Shown piece after piece: positions 27,759 through 34,848 of a DNA stretch of 64,000 nucleotides. The DNA is taken from NCBI GenBank assembly GCA_030039755.1, contig JASHUY010000025.1, positions 5,158 through 69,157 on the forward strand, given 5' to 3'. The stretch's first letter is position 1. Each line of letters starts with the position of its first letter. This stretch comes from Acidimicrobiales bacterium. Its GTDB lineage: Bacteria; Actinomycetota; Acidimicrobiia; Acidimicrobiales; RAAP-2. The notes beneath the pieces are model-generated. The model was not told the origin of the DNA. It was given only the letters and a program-made list of their open reading frames with translations, and ran no database searches. The translations under genes and the position numbers were made by a program.

Positions 27759-29869
27759 TGCGCGTCTGGCCGGGGAACCCGCACCCGCTCGGGGCGACGT
27801 GGGACGGCGAAGGGGTGAACTTCGCCCTGTATTCCGAGCACGCGACCGCGGTGGAGCTGTGCATCTTCTCCGACCCCACCTCCGCGGAGCCCGACCAGCG
27901 TGTGGCGATGCCGGCGACCACCGACCGGGTGTGGCACGCGTACCTTCCCGACGTCCGTCCCGGCGCGCTCTACGGCTACCGCGTCGACGGGCCGTACGCG
28001 CCCGAGGAGGGCCATCGCTTCAACCGCCACAAGCTGCTGATCGACCCGTACGCCCGTGCGCTCAGCGGCATGGTTCGCTGGAGCGACGACCTCTACGGCT
28101 ACCACGTCGGCGACCCCTCCGAGGACCTCTCCTTCGACCGGCGCGACTCCGCGGGGTCGATGCCCAAGTGCGTCGTGGTGGACCCCGCGTTCACCTGGGG
28201 AGACGACCGCTCACCGTCGACGCCCTGGAACCGCACCGTGATCTACGAGTGCCACGTGCGCGGCATGACCGTGCGCCACCCCGGCGTGCCCGAGCACCTC
28301 CGCGGGACCTACCTCGGCCTGTCGTCGGACCCGATCGTCGACCACCTCGTCGATCTCGGGGTGACCGCCGTCGAGCTCATGCCCGTCCACCATCACGTGA
28401 ACGACCGTCGACTGGTCGAGATGGGGCTGACGAACTACTGGGGTTACAACACGATCGCCTACTTCGCGCCGCACGTCGAGTACGCCACCGGCGGTCTGGG
28501 CCAGCAGGTGACCGAGTTCAAGTCGATGGTGCGCACGCTGCACCGCGCCGGGCTCGAGGTCATCCTCGACGTCGTCTACAACCACACGGGTGAGGGCAAC
28601 CGCAATGGCCCGACCCTCTCGTTGCGCGGGATCGACAACGCGGTGTACTACCGCCTCCGCCCCGACGCGCCGCGCTACCTCGTCGACTACACGGGCACCG
28701 GCAACAGCCTGAACATCCTCCATCCCCGCACGATGGCGCTGGTGATGGACAGCCTGCGTTATTGGGTGACCGACATGCACGTCGACGGGTTCCGCTTCGA
28801 CCTCGCGCCGGTGCTCGTGCGGGGGTACGAAGCCGGCCAGCCGAGCGCCTTCTTCGAGATCATCCACCAGGACCCGGTCCTCTCGACCGTGAAGCTCATC
28901 GCCGAGCCCTGGGACGTGGGCCCGGACGGCTACCGCCTCGGCCGCTTCCCGCAGGGATGGTCCGAGTGGAACGGCGCCTTCCGCGACTGCGTCCGGCGTT
29001 TCTGGCGCGGGGACGCCGGACAGGTGCCCGAGCTCGCCTCACGGCTCACGGGCTCGAGCGACGTCTACGGCCACACCGGGCGGCGCACCTACGCCAGCGT
29101 GAACTTCGTGACCTGCCACGACGGTTTCACGCTGACCGACCTCGTGAGCTACGACCAGCGGCACAACGAGGCGAACGGTGAGCACGGCGAAGACGGCACC
29201 TGCGAGAACTACAGCAGGAACTGGGGCGTGGAGGGACACAGCGATTCGGTACGCGTCGAGCGCCTGCGCGACCGCATGAAGCGCAACTTCCTGACGACGC
29301 TCCTGTGCTCCCAGGGCGTGCGCATGCTGCTGGGCGGCGACGAGATCGGCCGGACGCAGGACGGGAACAACAACGCGTACTGCCAGGACAACGAGATCGG
29401 CTGGGTCGACTGGAACCTCGGGGAGACCGGCGTGGAGCTGCTGGACTTCGTCCGCCAGCTGGTGGGCATCGTGTCGGAGAACCCCATCCTGCGCCGCAGG
29501 AACTTCCTGACCGGAGAGGTCGTGGCGGGCACCCAGATGAAGGACGTGACCTGGATCCGGCCCGACGGCGAGGAGATGAAGGCGGACGACTGGGCGGAAC
29601 CGGACAACCGCACGCTCGGCATGCTGCTCTACGGGCGTGCGGTGGACGAGGTCGACGCACGCGGCCGCTCCGCACGTGGCGAGACCTTGCTGCTCCTCTT
29701 GAACGCGGGATCGCGACCGCGTCCCTACACGCTTCCGAAGGTGGCCGAGCCGGGACGCTGGGAGGAGCTCGTGAACACCGCGCGCCCGACGCGCTTCGCG
29801 AGGGAGGTGCGCGGTCCCACGGTCAATCTCCCGGCACAGTCCAGCCTGCTGCTGCGCCGGGCGGAATGA
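27758..29869 (+). CDS. glgX: glycogen debranching enzyme
   Basis: The start overlaps the glgB stop by 1 nt. Motifs are MRVWPGNPHPLGATWDGEGVNFALYS, YWGYNTIAYFAP, VILDVVYNHT, GFRFDLA, IAEPWD and VTCHDGFTL. Confidence 0.9.
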   Translation: MRVWPGNPHPLGATWDGEGVNFALYSEHATAVELCIFSDPTSAEPDQRVAMPATTDRVWHAYLPDVRPGALYGYRVDGPYAPEEGHRFNRHKLLIDPYARALSGMVRWSDDLYGYHVGDPSEDLSFDRRDSAGSMPKCVVVDPAFTWGDDRSPSTPWNRTVIYECHVRGMTVRHPGVPEHLRGTYLGLSSDPIVDHLVDLGVTAVELMPVHHHVNDRRLVEMGLTNYWGYNTIAYFAPHVEYATGGLGQQVTEFKSMVRTLHRAGLEVILDVVYNHTGEGNRNGPTLSLRGIDNAVYYRLRPDAPRYLVDYTGTGNSLNILHPRTMALVMDSLRYWVTDMHVDGFRFDLAPVLVRGYEAGQPSAFFEIIHQDPVLSTVKLIAEPWDVGPDGYRLGRFPQGWSEWNGAFRDCVRRFWRGDAGQVPELASRLTGSSDVYGHTGRRTYASVNFVTCHDGFTLTDLVSYDQRHNEANGEHGEDGTCENYSRNWGVEGHSDSVRVERLRDRMKRNFLTTLLCSQGVRMLLGGDEIGRTQDGNNNAYCQDNEIGWVDWNLGETGVELLDFVRQLVGIVSENPILRRRNFLTGEVVAGTQMKDVTWIRPDGEEMKADDWAEPDNRTLGMLLYGRAVDEVDARGRSARGETLLLLLNAGSRPRPYTLPKVAEPGRWEELVNTARPTRFAREVRGPTVNLPAQSSLLLRRAE

Positions 29870-29888
29870 CCGCCGCAGCGCCGGTGCG

Positions 29889-30572
29889 TCAGCCTGCCGC
29901 GGACCCGGCCGTCACGTTCGCCGCAACCCCTTGGTGGACGGGCGTCCCGGGGAGCGAGGAACGGGCCGGCGCCGGCTCCAGCTCCAGCTGCGGGGGGTCG
30001 GGCAGGGCTACCTCCGTGGGTGCCGGGCGGGCTGTCGTGGCGAGCACCGCCTGGGTGTCCTCGCGGCTCGTCCCGGAAGCCTGCACGGCGTCCCACAGCT
30101 CCTCCCGGTAGACGCGGCGGTTGGGCGCGTCGACCCCGAGCCGGACGTAGCTGCCGGCGGGGCGGATGAGCGTGATGCTGAACTCTTCGCCGATCACACC
30201 GCCGCCGAAGGTGATGGTGGGGTTCCCTTTCGAGATGGAGGAAACGGCCACCCACAACTCGTCGCCGACGTCGACGCGCTGGCCGGGCTGGCGGTCGACC
30301 GCGAGCCCCGCGTGCAGCGTCTCCGCCGCGTCGCCCTCGGCCCCGGTGGAGATCCGCACCTGCTCCCCGTCGAAGACGACGCTCGACATCGGCACGATCT
30401 CGAGGCGTGCCTCGCTCGGGGAGAGAACCATCGCCGAGACGCGCAGCTCCCGGAAGGCGCTCGCGGAAGAGATGCCGACCCAGACGCGGCGGTCGGTCAC
30501 CGAGAGGACGGTCACGCGGAGGTCCGGCTCGATGACGATCGACTCGCCTGGCCGACGATTGAGTACGAGCAT
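29889..30572 (-). CDS. multi-repeat CsrA/RsmA-like protein (227 aa)
   Basis: ATG 30572 has GGAGCGGAGGGG upstream and lies in the 3' part of ORF 29889..31664. The N-terminus MLVLNRRPGESIVIEPDLRVTVLSV resembles CsrA ([25 protein letters not shown]). Residues 131-163, FSITLIRPAGSYVRLGVDAPNRRVYREELWDAV, resemble the CsrA core VRIGVNAPKEVSVHREEIY. Two degenerate copies lie in between. Third codon positions are GC-rich. Confidence 0.6.
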   Translation of the reverse strand: MLVLNRRPGESIVIEPDLRVTVLSVTDRRVWVGISSASAFRELRVSAMVLSPSEARLEIVPMSSVVFDGEQVRISTGAEGDAAETLHAGLAVDRQPGQRVDVGDELWVAVSSISKGNPTITFGGGVIGEEFSITLIRPAGSYVRLGVDAPNRRVYREELWDAVQASGTSREDTQAVLATTARPAPTEVALPDPPQLELEPAPARSSLPGTPVHQGVAANVTAGSAAG

Positions 30573-30646
30573 CTGGGCCCCTCCGCTCCGGGCCACAACC
30601 GTAGTTGGCATCCGGGAGGGATGCGTGATTGTGCCGGCCGGGGAGG

Positions 30647-31564
30647 CTACCGCCCGGGTGCGAACGCCTCGAGGACGGTACGGGCGTGCCGCAGCGAGGC
30701 TTCCGGGTCGGCGTCGGGGGCGCCGACGAGCGGATCGAAGTTCAAGTCGACGAAGGCCTCGGTCATCCCGGAGTCCGCGAGCGCGTCCAGGTCCTCGCGG
30801 ATCTCCTCGAGCGTCCCGGTGAAGGGCGCGCGTGTCGTCGGGCGGACCTTGACCGCTGCCCGGCAGACGAATCGCAGGGAGAACGGGTCCCGCCCCGCTT
30901 CGGCAGCGGCGCCGCGGACGACGGCGATCGAGTCGGCCAACCCTGCGAACTCCGCACGGCTGCTGCTGATCCAGCCGTCCGCCATCCGGCCTGCCCTGCG
31001 CAACGAGGCCTCGGCGGCACCACCGAACAAGATCGGCGGGTGAGGGTGCTGGAGGGGCTTCGGGAGCACCCTGGCGCGCGGGACGCGGAAGTACGGGCCG
31101 TGGTACTCGACGACGTCGTCGGTCCAGATCGCGCGCAGGCAGCGGACGAAGTCCTGGGTGCGGCCGCCGCGGTGCTCGTAGGAGACACCGGTCGCCTCGA
31201 ACTCCTCGCGCATCCAGCCGAGACCGATCCCGAGATCGAGACGGCCTCCGGAGAGGATGTCGATCGTGGCGAGCTGCTTCGCGAGGACGATCGGGGAGTA
31301 GAAGGGCGCGTTCAGGACCGCGACCCCGAGCCGCACCCTCGACGTCTTGGCGGCGAGGTAGGCGAGCACGGCGAGCGGGTCCTGGACGCTCCGGTACGGC
31401 GGGTCGAGGAGGTCGCGGCCGCCTGTCCCGTCGACCGGGGCGAGGAGCCGTTGGAACGTCCAGAGGGAGCCGTAGCCGAGCTCCTCGGCCCACCCTGCGA
31501 CCTGGGCGCACCCTTCCGCCGTCGCCCAGGACCCCGAGACCGGCACCGCCGCGCCGAGCTCCAT
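30647..31564 (-). CDS. LLM-class (luciferase-like) F420-dependent oxidoreductase
   Basis: ATG 31564 follows AGGAGG. The sequence MELGAAVPVSG...LGYGSLWTFQRLL...RVRLGVAVLNAPFYSPIVLAKQLATIDILSGGRLDLGIGLGW is typical of LLM-family proteins. Confidence 0.8.
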   Translation of the reverse strand: MELGAAVPVSGSWATAEGCAQVAGWAEELGYGSLWTFQRLLAPVDGTGGRDLLDPPYRSVQDPLAVLAYLAAKTSRVRLGVAVLNAPFYSPIVLAKQLATIDILSGGRLDLGIGLGWMREEFEATGVSYEHRGGRTQDFVRCLRAIWTDDVVEYHGPYFRVPRARVLPKPLQHPHPPILFGGAAEASLRRAGRMADGWISSSRAEFAGLADSIAVVRGAAAEAGRDPFSLRFVCRAAVKVRPTTRAPFTGTLEEIREDLDALADSGMTEAFVDLNFDPLVGAPDADPEASLRHARTVLEAFAPGR

Positions 31565-31575
31565 GCCGCACCTCC

Positions 31576-31617
31576 TTTCGTCTCGTCGTTCTTTCGTCTC
31601 GTCGTTCCCCGTCGTTC
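31576..31617. repeat. 16-nt tandem repeat (tttcgtctcgtcgttc x2 plus a partial copy) in the 5' leader of the LLM gene
   Basis: Read directly from the sequence. Copies lie at 31576-31591 and 31592-31607, with a partial copy at 31608-31617. Confidence 0.8.
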
Positions 31618-31643
31618 GCGCGCTCGCCCGATCGACCGCCGGC

Positions 31644-31694
31644 GCGCTCAGAATGCCGGCGCACTCAGAATGCCGGCGCACTCAGAATGGCAGC
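31644..31694. repeat. 17-nt tandem repeat x3 that includes the stop codon of the SDR gene
   Basis: The copies are gcgctcagaatgccggc, gcactcagaatgccggc and gcactcagaatggcagc. The third copy holds the real stop (tca 31682-31684 on the plus strand). Confidence 0.85.
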
Positions 31695-32440
31695 CGCCGC
31701 CAGACCGGTTGGGGGATGAGGTGCGCCACGGCGAGCGCCCACCTGGCGATCGGGGGCACCCAGACCACGGTTGCACCTGACGCGAGCCCCGCCACTACCG
31801 CGTCGGCGACCGACCCGGGGGTCGTCGACATCGGCACGAGGGGCAGCCCTTCGGTCATCTTGGTGGCGACGCGGCCGAGCCGGACGACGTGGACGACGAC
31901 ACCGGTCCCGCGGAGCGCCTCTGCGAGCCCGATCGAGAACGCGTCGAGGCCCGATTTGGCGGAGCCGTAGACGAAGTTCGTCCTCCGCACCCGCAGCGCG
32001 GCGAGGGACGACAGCACGACGATCCGCCCGCCGCCCTGCTCGCGCATCCGGGCGGCCGCCCGGGTGAGCGCCACCGCCGGCCACGAGTACGTCGCGGCCA
32101 CCACCTCGGCGGTGCGTGCAGGATCGAGCTCGTCGCGCTGGTGCGAGAGCACGCCGACCGCGAGCAGGACGAGGTCGACGGCGCCGGCGGCGGCGAAGCA
32201 CTCGTCCACGACGCCTGCGGCACCGGCGACGTCCCGCGCGTCGAAGTGCACGGTCGTGACGTGTGCGACGCCGGCGTCGGAGGCCGCCCGCGACGCCAGT
32301 GCGAGCCGTTCCTCGTCCCTTCCCGCAAGGACGACGGCGCGCAGTCGGCGCCGCGCCAGCGCGCGGACGACGGCGCCGGCGAGATCAGAGGTCCCCCCGA
32401 GCACGACGGCGGACTCGGGCCGTCCGGAAGCGTCGAGCAC
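31682..32440 (-). CDS. DprE2-like short-chain dehydrogenase/reductase
   Basis: GTG 32440 has GGAGG 7 nt upstream. VLDASGRPESAVVLGGTSDLAG, RRTNFVYGSAKSGLDAFSIGLAEALRGTGVVVHVVRLGRVATKM and the C-terminus IPQPVWRRLPF closely parallel mycobacterial DprE2 (Rv3791) as recalled from memory. The length (252 aa) also fits. Confidence 0.75.
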   Translation of the reverse strand: MLDASGRPESAVVLGGTSDLAGAVVRALARRRLRAVVLAGRDEERLALASRAASDAGVAHVTTVHFDARDVAGAAGVVDECFAAAGAVDLVLLAVGVLSHQRDELDPARTAEVVAATYSWPAVALTRAAARMREQGGGRIVVLSSLAALRVRRTNFVYGSAKSGLDAFSIGLAEALRGTGVVVHVVRLGRVATKMTEGLPLVPMSTTPGSVADAVVAGLASGATVVWVPPIARWALAVAHLIPQPVWRRLPF

Positions 32441-32547
32441 GTGGCGACCTCCTCCCTCCTCACCTTGCGGCGGTCCTCGGTCGCGCCCAGTCTGCCCGGG
32501 AGCCGGAGCTCCGTGCCCCGGCGCAGGAGTGGGCGAACGGGTCGGGC

Positions 32548-32790
32548 TCAGCCTTCCCCGGCCGGCGGCTGGCGCTTCACCCGCACCCGTCCCCGCCAGG
32601 CGCTCCCGAGCAACGCCACGATGGCCAGCAGCGGGAGCACGACGATCGCCGCGACGCGGTCGTGTCGGAGCGCGAACGCGACACCGACGAGAACCAGCAT
32701 CGCGACGAACAGCTCGGGCGTGTCGCCGACGAGGAAGTCCCACCAGAAGTGCCCGAACGCCCTGGTCCAGCGCGCCACCGTCCGGGTCAC
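32548..32790 (-). CDS. small membrane protein (80 aa)
   Basis: Its start overlaps the stop of the upstream gene by 4 nt. It has two hydrophobic helices (ELFVAMLVLVGVAFAL and IVVLPLLAIVALLG). Confidence 0.5.
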   Translation of the reverse strand: MTRTVARWTRAFGHFWWDFLVGDTPELFVAMLVLVGVAFALRHDRVAAIVVLPLLAIVALLGSAWRGRVRVKRQPPAGEG

Positions 32791-33566
32791 GAGGCGACCC
32801 TCCCTTCGGCGTCGGCGTGCTCGAGGTGCGCGGGAGCGGAGCCCGGCGCCTGGGTCTTCAAGAGCGCGACGGCGACGGCCGTCACCGCGGCGAACACCCC
32901 GATCAGCACGGGGATGGCGAGGTCGCTGCCCGGCCAGTGGACGCCTGCGCCCTCACCCACCCAGAACAGCCCGAAGCTGGTCAGCATGATGCCCACGACG
33001 GTCTTGATCGTGTTCTCGGGGACTCCGGAAAGCTGGCGGGAGACGAGCAGGCCGGCGACCGACACGACCACGATCGCCGCGGCGGCCGCGGCCGACGCGT
33101 AGCCCAGCTTGTGCTGGCTGGCGCCGAGGCTGATCACGATCAGCACGACCTCCATGCCCTCGAGGAACACTCCCTTGAAGGCCACGACGAAGCCGAGGCT
33201 GTCACGACGGCTCCGCGTGCCGCCGCCGAGCGAGGCCGAGGTCTCCGCGTAGATGGCGTCTTCGTCGTGCTTGGCCTTGTGGCCGCTCGCACGCAGGATC
33301 GCCTTGCGCAGCCACGAGAGGCCGAGCACGAGCAGCAGCGCGCCGACGAGCACGCGCAGCGCGTCGATCGGGACGTAGTGGATGAGGGGGACGCCCACGG
33401 CCCCGACGAGCACGCCGAGGACGACCAGCGCCGCCACCGTCCCTTCCATCGCCGACCGCCAGCCGCGCGTGACGCCCGAGGCGAGCACGATGGTGAGCGC
33501 TTCGACGGCCTCGACGCAGCACGCGCCGAAGACCGCGAGAATCAGGATGATCGTGGCGCTGCTCAC
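32787..33566 (-). CDS. polytopic membrane protein (COG4280 / GDT1-like)
   Basis: GTG 33566 is the only in-frame start before the hydrophobic core. The sequence VSSATIILILAVFGACCVEAVEALTIVLA...FKGVFLEGMEVVLIVISLG shows a duplicated E-x-x-E/hydrophobic motif. The upstream part of ORF 32787..33824 is Arg-rich shadow. Confidence 0.55.
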   Translation of the reverse strand: MSSATIILILAVFGACCVEAVEALTIVLASGVTRGWRSAMEGTVAALVVLGVLVGAVGVPLIHYVPIDALRVLVGALLLVLGLSWLRKAILRASGHKAKHDEDAIYAETSASLGGGTRSRRDSLGFVVAFKGVFLEGMEVVLIVISLGASQHKLGYASAAAAAAIVVVSVAGLLVSRQLSGVPENTIKTVVGIMLTSFGLFWVGEGAGVHWPGSDLAIPVLIGVFAAVTAVAVALLKTQAPGSAPAHLEHADAEGRVAS

Positions 33567-33609
33567 CGCGTCACCGCCGGCGAGGGCCCGTGCGCGCGTC
33601 GTGGTGACC

Positions 33610-34848
33610 TCATTGGATGCGTTCGGTTCCTCTCGTCGCTGACGCTGCGCCGTTCGCTTGGGGCGCGCCGCCCGCGGGGGCACCCCCGCGCCGACCCGGC
33701 TCCGCGTCCTCGGGCGCCGCCCCGGGAGGCCCGGGCTCGGGCTCGGCGAAGAGGATACAGCCCGCCGCGTCGAGCTCGATGCCGACCGGCGTCCCCCTCG
33801 GGACCCTCCGCTCGCTGAGAACACCGGTGAGCCGCCGCCCGCCCGCGAGGTCTACGACGAGCTCGTAATGCCGGCCGCGGAACGCGGTGTCCGTCACGCT
33901 CCCGACCAGGTTGGCCGCCTCGGACTCCGCGGCGCACAGCCGCACCGCCGTCGGGCGGATTGCGAGGAGCAACGGACCGTCGGGCGCGGCTCCGGCTCCG
34001 GCACCCGTGCCCTCACCGACGCGCGCCTCGATCGGCCGGGCCCCGTCGATGCCCACGGGCTGCACCGAGACGTGGCCGGTGATCTTGCCTTCACCCACGA
34101 CCGTGACCTCGAGCTCGCCTGCAAGGCCCGTGAACCTGGCGACGAAGAGGGTGGCGGGCGTCGCGTAGATGTCCTCGGGCGTCCCGAGCTGGACGAGCAC
34201 GCCGTCCTGGAGGACCCCGACCTGGTCCGCCAGCGCGAAGGCCTCGAGCTGGTCGTGGGTGATGTAGATGGTGGTGGCGCCGGCTTCACGCACGAGTGAG
34301 GAGATCTCCACCCGCATGCGCTCGCGAAGGTCGGCGTCGAGGTTCGAGAGCGGCTCGTCGCACAAGAGGAGGCCGGTGTCCCCGACGAGCGCGCGCGCCA
34401 GGGCGACGCGTTGCTGCTCGCCGCCGGACAGCTGGACGGGGAAACGGTCGGCGAGGTGCGAGAGGCCGACCCGGTCGAGCATGCCCATGGCGTGGCGTCG
34501 CGCGTCGTGACGCCCGACCCGGTGCCGCTTGAGCGCGAACGCGACGTTGTCCTGCGCGCTCAGATGCGGCCAGAGCGCGTAGTCCTGGAAGACCATTGCG
34601 AGGTCCCGCCGCTCCGGAGGGAGGTGCACGCGCCCGTCTGCGACGACGACGTCGCCGATCACCAACCGGCCGGAGGTCAGCCGTTCGATGCCCGCGATCG
34701 TCCGGAGCAGCGTGGTCTTGCCCGACCCGGACGGGCCGAGCAGGACCATGAACGTCCCCGGGTCGACAGTGAAGGTCGGGCCCCGCAGGGCGTGGTTGCC
34801 GCCGGGGTAGACCTTCGAGACGTGCTCGACGACCAGGCGCTCAGCCAC
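33610..34848 (-). CDS. ABC transporter ATP-binding protein (FbpC/PotA-type importer ATPase)
   Basis: Carries Walker A (GPSGSGKTTLLR), the ABC signature (LSGGEQQRVALARAL) and Walker B (LLLCDEPLSNLD), plus a C-terminal regulatory or TOBE-like extension. Confidence 0.9.
   Translation of the reverse strand: MAERLVVEHVSKVYPGGNHALRGPTFTVDPGTFMVLLGPSGSGKTTLLRTIAGIERLTSGRLVIGDVVVADGRVHLPPERRDLAMVFQDYALWPHLSAQDNVAFALKRHRVGRHDARRHAMGMLDRVGLSHLADRFPVQLSGGEQQRVALARALVGDTGLLLCDEPLSNLDADLRERMRVEISSLVREAGATTIYITHDQLEAFALADQVGVLQDGVLVQLGTPEDIYATPATLFVARFTGLAGELEVTVVGEGKITGHVSVQPVGIDGARPIEARVGEGTGAGAGAAPDGPLLLAIRPTAVRLCAAESEAANLVGSVTDTAFRGRHYELVVDLAGGRRLTGVLSERRVPRGTPVGIELDAAGCILFAEPEPGPPGAAPEDAEPGRRGGAPAGGAPQANGAASATRGTERIQ

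Noticed and set aside
31576-31694. Tandem repeat arrays here, and at 50281-50331 and 45589-45681, considered as possible CRISPR arrays.
   Set aside because: The units are directly adjacent with no spacers, there are only 2-4 copies, and no cas genes are present. They are simple tandem duplications.
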